Assembly (NCBI GenBank): GCA_030324005.1
Contig: JARDVH010000097.1
Location: 71,934,346-71,998,345, forward strand
Length of the DNA: 64,000 nt
Origin: Negaprion brevirostris
Taxonomy: Eukaryota
Direction: 5' to 3'
Positions 21,439 to 35,091 of this stretch are shown in pieces (position 1 is the first letter of the stretch; each line of letters starts with the position of its first letter). The notes below the pieces were generated by a model. The model had not been told where the DNA came from. It saw only the letters and a program-made list of their open reading frames with translations, and did no database searches. A program made the translations under genes and the position numbers.

Positions 21439-22406
21439 GGGGGTAATTCTCCCAAAAAAGTTCTAAGTGCTGAATTTGTGGAAAAAATTGTGCAAATCAC
21501 GATTGCTTTTTCAGTGGAAGTTCAGACTTGAATCGTGCAATGCAGAGGTCACAATCGTGAATATCATGCAAAGCTTGGTGTGGGGGGGTGGGGGCGGGGG
21601 TGGGGGGGTGCTATTCACACCAGAGTCTGTCAGTTCTGGATCTCTACGCATGTGCAGTGGCTGCGGACTGTCAGCCTCCCATTTGCTGGTCAGCTCAATC
21701 ACTGGCAAACCCGAGACCCTTGCAAGCTACCCCTCCGGCTTCCTCCCACCCCGGCCCGGTCGCAGCCCCCACAACCATTGTTGGGCCAGGGCAGATTCCC
21801 CCTCTCATTCTGGGGCATCCCGGTCTCCAGCCCTCCCCAGCAGTGTCGATGAAGCTCTCCCAACCCCTCTAACCTGGCAGGCCTCCCCCCCTCCAAGGGG
21901 CGGACCCCCTCACGAGAGGTAGGCCTGCCCCCTGCAGACCATCTTCTAACCCACCACTGGCTTCCCTCCAGCCCTGACCAATCCAAACGCAGAATGGCAG
22001 TGGGATATCCCACCCCCACCGATTGCTCCCTAAGTCCCGNNNNNNNNNNNNNNNNNNNNNNNNNNNNNNNNNNNNNNNNNNNNNNNNNNNNNNNNNNNNN
22101 NNNNNNNNNNNNNNNNNNNNNNNNNNNNNNNNNNNNNNNCGCTAGGCCCCATCTCTTGGCACTGTCCGATGCCCAGTGCCAAGGTGCCCCTGGGCATGGA
22201 CACTGTGCCCCTTGGGCACTGCCAGGGTGCCCATGCCCAGGGAGCACCACCCCCTCACCGCCTGATCCCACCCTGGCCGTGCCCAAGGGGCAAAGTGTCC
22301 ATGCCCAGGGAGCACCACCCCCTCACCGCCTGATCCCACCCTGGCAGTGCCCAAGGGGCAAAGTGTCCATGCCCAGGGAGCACCACCCCCTCACCGCCTG
22401 ATCCCA
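21439..22406. mobile_element. GC-rich non-autonomous Harbinger-like element with internal 68-bp tandem and inverted repeats
   Basis: TIR-like start gggggtaattctccc. cctgatccca recurs at 22261, 22329 and 22397. 22190-22229 is a 39/40 inverted copy of 22337-22376. Confidence 0.6.
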
Positions 22407-23099
22407 TAGCGTGGCCATTACAATCAGATTGCCATTCTGTTCCTTTTCATTTCCCTCAGTCAGAAGCTGCACATGTCTCACCTGACCTGCCAACCCAGGA
22501 GTGTCCAGTGTATTGTGTCCTCGGACTCCAGCGAGGGATAGCAGCATCGGGGAGAAGTGAAGACACAACACCTAGTTACAACACTACTGCACTAAAGCAG
22601 CCACATAATGGGGGGTCACATTAAGGTAAGTGTGCAAAGTAAGTGGACAGCATGGGTTTGGGGCCAGGGATGGAGAGATATAGGCTGGAACGGTGGAGGG
22701 GAGGCAATGGGATGGGTGGTCAGTCAGTTGGTAGAGAGTGGCTGGGAAGTCAGAATGGTATTCAGGCATTGAAGATGATGATTGGGGGGTGGGGAAGGTA
22801 AGAGGCTTGTTGGTNNNNNNNNNNNNNNNNNNNNNNNNNNNNNNNNNNNNNNNNNNNNNNNNNNNNNNNNNNNNNNNNNNNNNNNNNNNNNNNNNNNNNN
22901 NNNNNNNNNNNNNNNNNNNNNNNNNNNNNNNNNNNNNNNNNNNNNNNNNNNNNNNNNNNNNNNNNNNNNNNNNNNNNNNNNNNNNNNNNNNNNNNNNNNN
23001 NNNNNNNNNNNNNNNNNNNNNNNNNNNNNNNNNNNNNNNNNNNNNNNNNNNNNNNNNNNNNNNNNNNNNNNNNNNNNNNNNNNNCCCCCCCCAGAGTGG

Positions 23100-25447
23100 T
23101 CACTAGTACAGTAACCCAGGAGCTAGAAGTGGCTTCAATTCATTGCAACAGGCAAGGCTGAAGCATTTGTTATGTTCAGTCAGAGATATCAAATAACTGT
23201 GCCCCAGAACTCAGCCCTGAGCCAAGTTGCTCCAATACAACACAAAACGGGCATCTGCTAATAATGCGGAATATTTCCCAGGTATTTCCCGTCCACAAAA
23301 AGCAGGGTATATCCAATCCATCCAAATACCACCCCCTCAGTCTACTCTCAATCATTAGCAAAAGGATGGAAGCTGTTGTTGACAGTTTTATAAATCAGCA
23401 CCGACTCAGCAATAATCCGTTCATTGATATTCAGTTTGGATTGAGAGAGGGCCACTTGGTTTCTGACCTCATTACAGCCTTGTTCCAAACATTGAGATAC
23501 GAACTGAATTCCAGCAATGAAATGAGAATCACTGCCCTTGACATCAAGGCAGCATTTGATTGAATGTGGCGTCAAAGAGCCCGAGTAAAAGTGAAGCCAG
23601 TGTAAATTGAGGGGAAAATGCAATCATATCTGACACAAAGGGTGGTGGCTGTGATTGTTGGAGGCAATCATGTCAAACCCAGGACAACGCCGCAGGAGTT
23701 CTTCGAAGTAATGTCCTAGGCCCAATCATCTTCAGCCGCTTCATTAATGACATTCACTCCATCATACGGTTAGAAGTAGGGATATTCACTGATGATTGCA
23801 AAACCTTCAGAACTATTGGCAATTCCTCAGTTACTGAAGCAGTCTGTAAGCCTATTCAGCAACACCTGGACAATATGCAGTGATATGTGACAAGAAACAT
23901 TCATAGAAACATAGAAACTAAGATCAGGAGTAGGCCATTCAGCCCTTCCAGCCTGCTCCACCATTCACTATGATCATGACTGATCATCCAACTCAATAGC
24001 CTGACCCTGCCTTCCTCTCATATCCTTTGATCCCCTTTGCCCCAAGAGCTATGTCCAACTCCTTCTTGAAAACATATAATGTTTTGGCCTCAACAGCTTT
24101 GATTGGTAGTAAATCTCATAGGCTTACCATTCTCTGGGTAAAAAAATTCTCCTCTTCTCAGTCTTAAAAGGTTTGCCTCATATCCTTAGATTACGACCCC
24201 TAGTTCTGGAAACACCCATTACTGGGAACATCCTTCCTGCTTCTACCCTGTCTAACCCTGCTGGGATTTTTATAGGTTTCTATGAAATTACGCCCTCATT
24301 CTTCTAAACTCCAGTGAATATAACCCTAACTGACTCAAACCTCTTCTCATAGCTCAGTCCAGCCATCCCAGGAATCAGTCTTGTAAATGTTCTGTACACT
24401 CCTTCTACAAGAAGAACATCCATCCTCAGATAAGGAGACCAAAACTGCACATAATATTCCAGGCATGGCCTCACCAAGGCCCTACATAATTGGAACAAGA
24501 CATCTCTGATCCTTTAATCATATCTTCTCACTATGAAGGCTAACATGCCAGTTGCCTTTTGCATCTGCATGCTTACCTTCAGCAACTGGTATAAGAGGAC
24601 ATTTCCCTCTCTTTATAGCCTTTCATAATTATCTGCCTTCTGGTTTTTGCTATCAAAGTGAATAATCTCACATTTATCCACATTATACTGCACCTGCCGT
24701 GCATTTACCCACTCACCCAGCTTGTTCACACGACACATATGTCAGGTAATAACCATCTTCAACAAGAGATAAGCTAACCACCTCCTTTGATGTTCAATGA
24801 CATTATCATCGCTGAATCCCCCATCATCAACATCAGGCGGGTCACCGTTAAGCAAAAACTGAAGTGGATCAGCCACATAAATACAGTGGCTGCAAGAGAC
24901 TGGAAATTCTGCAGATACAAANNNNNNNNNNNNNNNNNNNNNNNNNNNNNNNNNNNNNNNNNNNNNNNNNNNNNNNNNNNNNNNNNNNNNNNNNNNNNNN
25001 NNNNNNNNNNNNNNNNNNNNNNNNNNNNNNNNNNNNNNNNNNNNNNNNNNNNNNNNNNNNNNNNNACCACCTTAAGATTTCACTCCCTCCAACACTCACG
25101 CACAGCGGCAGCAGCGTGTACCATCTGCAAGATTCATTACAGCAACTCTCCAAGTCTCCTTCAAGAGTACCTTCAAAATCCATGACCTGTATCTATAGAA
25201 CAACAAGGGCAGCAAGTGCATGGAAACACCACCATCTGCAATTTCCCCTCCATGCCACTCACCATTCTGACTTGGAACCCTTCCTTCACTCTTGCTAGGT
25301 CAAAACTCTGGAATTTCCTTTCTTACAGCACTGTGAGCATACCTAACCACATGGAACTGCTCATCACCACTTTCTCAAGTCTAATTAAAGATGGGCAACA
25401 AATGTTGGTAATGCCAACGATGCCCACATCTCGTCTGAATAAAAAAA
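23100..25447 (+). mobile_element. LINE family B (RT to tail), interrupted by CR1 at 23902-24728
   Basis: PVHKKQ..SNPSKYHPLSLLSIISK...ALDIKAAFD, LGPIIF, IFTDD motifs. Resumes at 24729 and ends cccacatctcgtctgaataaaaaaa. Confidence 0.9.
23902..24728 (-). mobile_element. CR1 LINE, 5'-truncated
   Basis: LVRPCLEYYVQFWSPYLR; (catagaaa)n tail. Confidence 0.9.
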
Positions 25448-25611
25448 TGAACTCAGGCAATGATACCCATGGAAGGAGAAACCGTAATAGATACCATTTG
25501 GAAATGTTCTAATTACATTTCCAATAATAAAGCATTCGCTAATATGTACAAATCCCAGACTATTTACATGTCAGACACACACAAATGCTCTGAAGAAGTC
25601 ATACAAACTCG

Positions 25612-25708
25612 AATTGTTAACTTTGTTTTTCACTGTCAGACCCGCTGAGTTATTCCAGCACTTTCTGTTTTTATTTCAGATTTCCAACATCTGCAGTATT
25701 GTATTTTT
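25612..25708. mobile_element. Penelope-like terminal fragment (reverse orientation)
   Basis: gctgagttattccagcactttctgtttttatttcagatttccaacatctgcagtatt. Confidence 0.65.
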
Positions 25709-26200
25709 ATATTAATACACAAGTGCTTTTCTGTTATATACCTGACATCAACCTGTTGTCAATAAATGATTAATTACCATTCTGTAACCTCTATAGAAAT
25801 CTAATTTGATAATTATTTGAGTAAATCATAAAATCATTGCAAATATAATGGACAATTAGAAAATGAGCAGTTACTACTGGCTACATTATAACATAATTGG
25901 AAGTGATTTTACTGACTAAATAATTGAAAGCTTTTGTATCAAGAATATATTCATCACATGACACCTTTGATAAAGGTCACACCTTAAAGAATGACCTCAG
26001 AAGGTCACACCTTAAACACCACACCTCTAAAGCAAGGCAGGAATCTTCAAAAGGCTGGGAAACCATTGAAATGATCAAAGGAAGTGTGAAGGTAGTCTGA
26101 AGGTGACCTGTACAGCATTGTGGGACATTAATTGTGTATTTCACAATGTTCCAATTAGGAAGGTATTCATTGTCGAGGGTGGCAGAGAGCCCAATGATGA

Positions 26201-26509
26201 GGGCGGCACTGTGGCTCAGTAGTTAGCACTGCCCCCTCATAGCACCAGGCACCTGGGTTCAATTCCCAGCTTGGGTCACTGTCTGTGTGGAATTTGCATG
26301 TTCTCCCTGTATCTGCATGGGTTTCCTCCGGGTGCTTCGGTTTCCTCCCACAGACCAAAGATGTGCAGCTTAGGTGGATTGGCCATGATTGGCCCCTTAG
26401 TGTCAGGAGGAGTAGCTAGGGTAAATACATGGGGATAGTGCCTGGCTGGGTCGGTGGAGACTTGATGGGCCGAATGGCCTCCTTCTGCACAGTAGGGATT
26501 CTATGATTC
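26201..26509 (+). mobile_element. HE1 V-SINE, full length
   Basis: gggcggcactgtggctcagtagttagc head, V-core, tail gatgggccgaatggcctccttctgcac...attctatgattct. Confidence 0.92.
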
Positions 26510-27696
26510 TGTGATGAGACTGCTGATGTTGAAGATTCAATCCATGAAGAATAAAACCAGATGCAGTGACAACAGCTGCAACACCACTGAGAGACAAACT
26601 TATTTAGTACACCTTCACAAAAATACTACCATTTGGGAGTCTTATTCATCAAAAATCTGCCTTGTGCAACCAAACTGTCNNNNNNNNNNNNNNNNNNNNN
26701 NNNNNNNNNNNNNNNNNNNNNNNNNNNNNNNNNNNNNNNNNNNNNNNNNNNNNNNNNNNNNNNNNNNNNNNNNNNNNNNNNNNNNNNNNNNNNNNNNNNN
26801 NNNNNNNNNNNNNNNNNNNNNNNNNNNNNNNNNNNNNNNNNNNNNNNNNNNNNNNNNNNNNNNNNNNNNNNNNNNNNNNNNNNNNNNNNNNNNNNNNNNN
26901 NNNNNNNNNNNNNNNNNNNNNNNNNNNNNNNNNNNNNNNNNNNNNNNNNNNNNNNNNNNNNNNNNNNNNNNNNNNNNNNNNNNNNNNNNNNNNNNNNNNN
27001 NNNNNNNNNNNNNNNNNNNNNNNNNNNNNNNNNNNNNNNNNNNNNNNNNNNNNNNNNNNNNNNNNNNNNNNNNNNNNNNNNNNNNNNNNNNNNNNNNNNN
27101 NNNNNNNNNNNNNNNNNNNNNNNNNNNNNNNNNNNNNNNNNNNNNNNNNNNNNNNNNNNNNNNNNNNNNNNNNNNNNNNNNNNNNNNNNNNNNNNNNNNN
27201 NNNNNNNNNNNNNNNNNNNNNNNNNNNNNNNNNNNNNNNNNNNNNNNNNNNNNNNNNNNNNNNNNNNNNNNNNNNNNNNNNNNNNNNNNNNNNNNNNNNN
27301 NNNNNNNNNNNNNNNNNNNNNNNNNNNNNNNNNNNNNNNNNNNNNNNNNNNNNNNNNNNNNNNNNNNNNNNNNNNNNNNNNNNNNNNNNNNNNNNNNNNN
27401 NNNNNNNNNNNNNNNNNNNNNNNNNNNNNNNNNNNNNNNNNNNNNNNNNNNNNNNNNNNNNNNNNNNNNNNNNNNNNNNNNNNNNNNNNNNNNNNNNNNN
27501 NNNNNNNNNNNNNNNNNNNNNNNNNNNNNNNNNNNNNNNNNNNNNNNNNNNNNNNNNNNNNNNNNNNNNNNNNNTGTTGGTATTTATGATCTGCACAAGC
27601 CTCCTCTCACCCTTCTTGATCACAGTTTCAGGGTAACTTCCAGCTTCTTTCCTCCTCATGAGTTTATCAAGTTCTTTGAATGTATCTATACTCGAA

Positions 27697-28520
27697 TCAT
27701 AGAATGGTTACAACACAGGAGGCCATTCCACATATTGGGGTAAATTTTCCTGTTCCGCCCACCACAGGAATCAGAGTGGCCAAGGGATGGACCGTGAATA
27801 GGTCCAGTGACCTCGGACAGGATTTTCCAGTTTCAGGGCTAGTGTGGCCGGAAAATCCCACCCTCTGTCTTTGTATCAGTTCTCTGCAACAACAACTCAG
27901 CTAGTCTCACTCCTCGACCATTCCCCTGTGGCTCTGTAAACTCTCTTTTCAGACAATTGCTCAGTGCCCTTATGAAAACCACAACTGAATTTGACTCCAC
28001 CACATACTCAGACAATGCATTTCAGAACATAACCATTTGTTGCATAAAGAGATTTTTCCTCATGTCACATTGGGTTCTTTGTTAATCATCTTAGGGTTCT
28101 CGACCTTCTGCCAATGAGAAAAGTTCCTCCCCATTTAAGCTATCCAGCATGTCTCACATATCTCCTCTCAACCTTCCCTTCTCGAAGGAGAACAGCCCCA
28201 GCTTCGCTAATCTATCCACATAACTCTCATCTTCAGAATCATTCTTGTATATCTTCTCTGTACCTTTTCTAAAAACTTGACATCCTTCCCATGGAGGCTG
28301 CACAAGTGTTTTATGAAGGTTCATAGCTTACTTGTGTTTGTACTCTCTGTCCTTGTTAATAACCCATGATTCTGTATACTTTATTAACTGCTTTCTCAAC
28401 CTGCCCTCCCACCTTCAATAAGGTTTGCACACAGACACCCAGGGTCCTCTGCTCCTACATTTCCTTTATATCATTTCTTCTCATTCTTCTGACCAAAATG
28501 TCTTGCATCATTCTCAAATT
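27697..28520 (-). mobile_element. Old CR1 3' region, with a MITE at 27737-27863
   Basis: atcatagaatggttacaacacaggaggccattc tail and decayed CR1 ORF2 end. Confidence 0.75.
27737..27863 (+). mobile_element. MITE (7462 family)
   Basis: ggggtaaattttcc ... ggaaaatcccaccc TIRs. Confidence 0.8.
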
Positions 28521-28682
28521 TTGATATTGTGCCCTTTAAACCCAGGTCTATTTCATTAATATAACTCAAGAAAAGCCTCTATATACTGTTCCCCAGTGAG
28601 CAGTAAGTAAATCTTTCCATAACACATGTTTTTAATAAGTCTGAATTAAATAATTAAATGTTGCATAATGAAATTCTAGCTA

Positions 28683-28940
28683 AAGTTTATTTAGTTATTA
28701 GTCACAAGTAGGCTTACATTAACACTACAATGAAGTTACTGTGAAATTCCCCTAGTCGCCACAGTCCAGCACCTGTTCAGGTCAGTGCCCCTAACCAGCA
28801 CATCTTTCAGAATGTGGGAGGAAACTCACGCAGACACGAGAAGAATGTGCAGACTCCACACAGACTGTCCCAAATCGGGAATCAAACCCAGGTCCCTGGC
28901 GCTGTGAAGCAGCTGTGCTAACCACTGTGCTACTGTGCCA
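28683..28940 (-). mobile_element. V-SINE with alternative (L2-like) tail
   Basis: gtcacaagtaggcttacattaacactacaatgaagttactgtgaaa is the reverse complement of the tail at 3820-3870. Confidence 0.85.
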
Positions 28941-29326
28941 TGCAATGCTAGAGACTAATGGTTCAAATAGCATGTGGATTAAAATAAAATGCCTACTGGC
29001 GCTAATATTTTTCACTTAAAAAACATGGTTTTATTGAAGTTTGGGGTCTCAAATGATTAATACGTAGGAAAACAACATAATAGTAGATTTAGAAATGATA
29101 CGACCAACACATTCTCCTAGAGTTCCTGCACTTCAAAATCTGGCACTACAGCCCTGCACCCATCTGACTTGTGAGGGCTGCTGGGTTCTTCCTCCCTTTC
29201 CTGGGGAAAGGTATATCCAACCCATTCCTGACTCCAGCCAGCAGTAATTACAGTGATGCCCCATTGAATCTGGCTGCTGCCCTCTCTCAAGGTACAGCAT
29301 CAAGTGTGAACACCTCCTATTAAATC

Positions 29327-29518
29327 CTGTTGTACTGTGGCTTCTTCTCAATAACTACTCCACAAGCAGGCCATAGGGAACACAACTCTTTAGTAGGTCC
29401 AGTCGCTCCACACTCCAAACCTAGACTGCCCTCCCTGGATAGATTCCAACAGCTCACCCCATACCCAAGGTCACATGATCCATTCCCTCAAAGGGGTAAT
29501 GCCCCAGCAAACATAACA
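29327..29518 (-). mobile_element. Probable solo LTR
   Basis: TGTTG...TAACA ends; aggtcacatgatcc...aaagggg resembles the LTR at 17580-17620. No clean TSD. Confidence 0.45.
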
Positions 29519-30119
29519 CTTTCAATTTCTACTTGGGTGCTATCCATCAAAATGTAAATCAGATCATATCATTCAGATAGGCAGCTTGGAGATGTGAAAT
29601 CCCATGTCAAAATTCTTCATTTCAGCTCAGTTACAATTGCAGATTCTGACTTGCTGGAGTTTGTCCAAACAAATTCCCGTCACCCCACTCCCCTCTGCCC
29701 ACTCAGAAGCCACATTCAGATTAAAATTGGGCCCAGTGTCTGTGTTCAGATCAACTCCTCACACAGCAGCTTGTTTTTCCTGATTTTAATCTAAATCATG
29801 GAATTCTGAAATGTGGTGGAATCCATAAAATTATTCCTTAGTAAGGCATCAATCTTTCAAAGCTTAAGTGAGAGTAGGTGAAATGCATAAAAGCTAGCTG
29901 GAAAGGAATAGTCATGCAAACTAAATAATTAACCGGATTACCTTTGAACATACTCTTCTGAATAGGGGACTATGATTGTTGGCTACGTGTTTGACTTCAA
30001 ATGATGTCTTCCTCTGTTGCATGTCTTATTCTTTGAAGTTCTTAACACCTGTTACGAATAGTCCATGAGTAATGTCTGCCTTCATGTGTTTACAGATTCC
30101 TTAACAAAGTATTAATGAC

Positions 30120-30270
30120 TGGGTGGTGTGCTGAGTTAGGCCTTTCATCTCCAGCTCTTAATTTGAATCCAGCATGGATCAGTTGAAACTCATTTCTCCG
30201 AATGCAGTAAGGCTTCTAACGTCGACATTGAATGTTCAGTCACAGAGGTATTTGTATAACAGGCTGGGAA
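30120..30270 (+). mobile_element. Ancient LF-SINE-like fragment
   Basis: ggcctttcatctccagctcttaatttgaatccagc resembles the recalled LF-SINE head. Confidence 0.4.
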
Positions 30271-30564
30271 GACTATCCAATTATAGTGACCATTTGTTTT
30301 ATTATAAAGGAGGATTTGAGCCCTATATGAGCATATATTCTGCTTGTTGAAGAAACCAAAAACCACTGTAAAAGAGAAGAAACAAAGGAAAATAAAACAC
30401 AGAAGTTGTACCAGTCACAGCTGCAACACAGAACAAAAGGGTTAAAGTGAGACGATCTTGAGGCCAAGTTGCTAAGGCTGTGCTCCACCAATGATATAAT
30501 TGCAGCACATACAGCCCAAGGTGGAATTTAGTCCCACAGACTAGGATAAATAAGAACAGGATAA

Positions 30565-31185
30565 ATTATTTTTATTACTCATGTATGGCATACGGATGTT
30601 ACTGGCTAGGCCTGCATTTGTTGCTGTCACTAATCACCCTCAAGAAGGTGGGTGGTGAGCTGCCTTCTTGAACTGCTGCTGTCCCTAAGGTATAGGTGCA
30701 CTTACAGTGCTGTTAGGGAGGAAGTTCCAGGATTTTGACCCAGTGAAGGAACGGCAATATATTTCCAAGTCANNNNNNNNNNNNNNNNNNNNNNNNNNNN
30801 NNNNNNNNNNNNNNNNNNNNNNNNNNNNNNNNNNNNNNNNNNNNNNNNNNNNNNNNNNNNNNNNNNNNNNNNCCAGTGAAGGAACGGCAATATATTTCCA
30901 AGTCATGATGGTGAGTAGCTTGGAACGGAATTTCCAATTGGTGGTGTTCCCATGTGTCTTCCGCTTTTGTCCTAGATACTGGTCATGGGTTTGGAAGGTG
31001 TTGCCAAGGAGTCTTTGTGAGTTCCTCCAATGCATCTTTTAGATGATACACATTAGCCCCATTGTTTGTCAGTGGTGGAGGGAGTGGATGTTTGTAGATG
31101 TGGTGCCAATCAAATAGGCTGCTTTGTCCTGGATGGTGTCAAGCTTCTTGAGTGTTGTTGGAGCTGAACCCATCCAGGCCAGTGA
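30565..31185 (-). mobile_element. LINE family B 3' region
   Basis: WKYIAVPSL.QNPG region and shared 3' tail. Confidence 0.88.
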
Positions 31186-31210
31186 TTAAAAAATGCTTAA
31201 AACAGAGGTA

Positions 31211-32100
31211 AGGCCTGGGATTTTGCTGAGTCAGAATCACTTGGGCACCCTTTAATAACTGGCTTTTCATCTTGATTCTGAGATGACTAACCCCATTCCC
31301 AGAATATTCACTTTTTGGGGAAATTCTTCAATGTTTTGGACTAGTTTGAGTTGCAAAGCCACACCCTGCATTGCTGACCTGGCCGGACTGACTGCAGGAA
31401 CAGGAATGTCCTGGTCTCCTAGAATTTTCATGGAATTAGACCAGTATTTCAGAGGTTTTGTGAACAATAGTCTACTTGACAGAACGTTTTGAAATGCAAG
31501 TTCAAAATCTCCTCATGCTAAAACATGTTGCCCAAACAATTCTTCTGGCGCTTCATGCCCCCATGTCAGGTTATGCCCTCACCTGGCTCCTATAGCCCCT
31601 CACGTTCTCAATGCCAAGGCTACCATGCCCAGCCCAATAAGGCTTGAATGAGAGCCTAGAAGTCCATTAATCTGTTGAAACACCTGAACTCCAAGGAAAT
31701 GTTGCTTGAAAGGTCAGATATCTGATCTATGCTGTCGATTTCACAATGTTTATTGAGACAAAATAAAGAAGTTTTGAGTGCTTGCAGCTATTGATACTTT
31801 AAATAGTCTGGGCGACTGACACTTTTAGTGGGCAAAAAGTCCAAAAGAAGATTTTCTCAAGTGCAAATTTATCAATGAATGACAATGTTTTTAAAGAGTT
31901 TTTTACACATCCTACTCTCATTATAGGGCTCATTTCCTCAATAGTGTATAGCAGGTGGATGGGCATGAAAGTGCCATGTTTTGCATGGGCACATGACTGG
32001 CCATTGGACAGGATGGGGAAAGCATGAGGTGGTATGGATGGTACATGTGAGGGGTGTGAGGGCTTGTAAGAAATGAGTCCCTGAAGAACAGATGCTGCCT
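31211..32100 (-). mobile_element. Non-autonomous DNA transposon-like element (C-rich family)
   Basis: Inverted homology to 20100-20420; TIR-like ggcctgggatttt at 31212. Confidence 0.65.
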
Positions 32101-34659
32101 AATCTAATTTATATAATTTACTTTATTCTCAGTTTGTTTAAACCTTGACTAGTTATTAGGCAAAGAATCAATTAAATGTATCAAGCACAATTGAGGTGAT
32201 AAATTTGGTTCAGATACCCCAGAAATTTAAAGATGTTTTCCAACCACCTCCTCCAGCATTTCTGTAGCAATGGAGATTCCTTTGTAAAACTGCAAAACAC
32301 AAAAATACTTGAACAATGACACCGATGCCAGTCCTCTCAAAGGTGGGAAATGTGTCCCCAGTACAACCTGCCCATGAACACTCCCTTTTTATGATAGCAG
32401 GTATGGTGATATCCTGTCGTGGAGAGGTGGGATTTTTAGTAACTTGTTTAAATTATCCTTCTACAGTACAATTGGGAGCCTGATTTAAGATTCACCTGCC
32501 AATTAAAGGGAGTCGGAAGCTTCCAAATCTATGAGATAAATGCCTTTTTATCTTTGCACATCTACCAACAATATTAACACTGGGCACGTAGGAACAAGAA
32601 TTGAGCAATTCCATGATTCAGTTACATCTTCATTGTTCTATCTCTCAACCCCATTTCCCTGCATTTAGTTCTCATCTCTTGGCGCCCTTACTGAATTCAA
32701 ATCTGTCAAGCTTTTACAGAACCCTGCAGGTGTGTTTTTAGCAAGAAGGCATGTAAAATATGACAGATGGCTAGCTCACCCGCTCGCCATGGGATAAATG
32801 TTGACCACGCCATCCACCTTAGGCCAACTGAAGCTCTTAACTGCCCAATTAAGTATATTAAATTCATTATATTTTGTTTGACCCATTGAATAACTGAACT
32901 GAGAACTCCCCACCCTCCAGAATATCAATAATTCATGTCCAATCTTAACATGTCCAGTGTAAATATGATAGCAGCTCCACACAAGAAGAGATGTTATTCT
33001 CCATTATCAATCGCTGTTGGATAAAGTTAAGAATAAATACTAGCGTGTTAGATTGTTCAATTATTCAACATCCTTTTAGTATTTAGCAATAAAAGGAGAA
33101 AATTGGGTGCAAGGACAAGCTTCAGAGAAGTAGCTAAACTGTGCTGTTTATCTTAATACCAGATACCTGAGAACAGAATAAAGGAGAGTGTATAGGAATT
33201 TAATATCGACTGCAAGTGGGTAATCATGTTTTCCAGCCTGCATGTCTAATCCTAATCAAAAGCAACAAGAATGAAAATACATTCCATACACCCAAATTTC
33301 AAACTCCCAACAGGAGCCCTGCCAATAGCTGGCTAATATTACAATAGCCACTCAAGCAGTGAGAACCTTAAAAATAAAACACAAGCCCTCAGTTATTGAA
33401 AGTAGACTGACCCCAAACATCAAACAGACGAAAAGTGCTTCCAGCATGGTCTGCTATATGAAGAATTGTTACTTTGTTGTGGGCGCTTTGAGAGTGTATA
33501 AGATTGAAATTCCTATGATGTGCCTCCAAGAAACAAAACCTTCCAGTGAATTAATCCTCAACATTAACTACAATGACTGANNNNNNNNNNNNNNNNNNNN
33601 NNNNNNNNNNNNNNNNNNNNNNNNNNNNNNNNNNNNNNNNNNNNNNNNNNNNNNNNNNNNNNNNNNNNNNNNNNNNNNNNGAAGTGTAGATTACTACCTG
33701 CAGCACATTCCATTCATGGGCCACTTCAGTTAGAGACAAAACAAAGAGCTTTTATATTTTATGACCACGTACATGCGACTTTTCATGGTTAGAGAATCAG
33801 AACTGTGTACTGCATATAATACGTGGACAAAAGATTATAATGCACTCTTTGTTTTAGGAAAATGCAATCTGACCCATATTAGTTGGGCCATGGGTGTCAG
33901 TACGAACTTTCTGGCATCGAGTGTGTACTGTGTATCATCTCAAGCCATTTATTTATCATCTGGTATAACTTTCCCTTGAATTTTGCTTCTCCTTCTCATT
34001 TTAACTCTGTAAGAAAGACAATAATACTCCAAACGATTAAGATTTCTTCAAGCAAGTGCATTTAAATATTGTGTCCCTTTTGTTTTTGTCATTTAATACT
34101 AGGGTGAGGCAATTCTTCCTTTTTACAATCATAGGCAACTTATTCCTTTTCCATCTTTAATAAAAATTCTAGCATGCTTCAAAACTGTTGTAGATCACAT
34201 CAAATTACAACGGAAAGACTCAGAACCCCAGGCTTCTGGGTTCAGTTAGAATTCAGTGTATTAGATCCATTAGCCCTTCTTCTGGAATGATAGCAAGTGA
34301 TAATCTTTATTGGCGATGGTGGTTATATTTTGTTCAGTGTAAGTGAACCTTGATACATGTTGAGGCTTGAATACTAAATTGCTGCACTATTACAATCATA
34401 CTCTAGGGAAAAGGATGACTTCCCTGTAATCACTGTCTGGTCTAACCAGTGAATACATGCGTGGTCCCTCCATCAGCCCAGTTTTCCTGAGACGGTCCAT
34501 CTGTGGAGTGATTACAAACCCCCTCTTGTCAAATAACTCCCACCCCTTTAGTGAAAGCAAAACACTGTGCATTCTGGAAATCTGAAATAAAAACAGGAAA
34601 TGCTGGAAAGATCCAGCAGTTCTGACAGCATCTGCGTAGAGAGAAACAGATTTTTAAAA

Positions 34660-34990
34660 ATTTTCATTCATGTGTCATGGCGTCGCTTACTGGCCAGCAT
34701 TTACTGTCCATCCCTGAGGGCATCACTATGGATCTGGAGTCACATATAGGCCAGACCAGGTAAGGACAGCAGATCTCTTCCCTCTACAGGACATTAGTGA
34801 ACTAGATGGGTTTTTTCCAACAATCGACAATGGTTTCATGGTCATCAGTAGATTCTTGATTCCAGGCTTTTTTATCGAATTCAAATAATCCACTATCTGC
34901 TATATCGGGATTTGAACCCAGATCACCAGAACATTAGCTGAGTTTCTAGATTAATAGTCAAGAGATAATACCACTTAGCCGTCGCCACCC
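34660..34990 (-). mobile_element. SINE-B
   Basis: On -: A box acggctaagtgg, B box ggttcaaatcc, then body and LINE-B tail. Confidence 0.85.
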
Positions 34991-35091
34991 CATGGAAATC
35001 GTAGTGTGCGGATCACGGACCACACAAAGGTCCATTGACCTTGGGTAGGATTTTCCAGCATTGGGGCCAGCATGGCTGGAAAATCTTGCCC
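34985..35091 (+). mobile_element. MITE (7462 family), left end lost
   Basis: ggtccattgaccttgggtaggattttcc...ggaaaatcttgccc. Confidence 0.7.

Noticed and set aside
21467-22401. Multiple overlapping 100-195 aa ORFs
   Set aside because: GC-rich repetitive TE interior is naturally stop-poor; no domain similarity.
26201-26275. tRNA gene-like A/B boxes (also other SINE heads)
   Set aside because: They continue into SINE bodies with no complete cloverleaf or T-run terminator.
26511-27743. Long ORFs (also at 35866-36815, 41068-41829, 53278-53896, 22738-23114)
   Set aside because: They are open only because they span N gaps.
30741-30905. Direct repeats flanking 100-N gaps (also 38563/38678 and 44286/44416)
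   Set aside because: Identical 15-33 nt on both sides of a fixed-size gap indicates overlapping contig ends, not real duplications.
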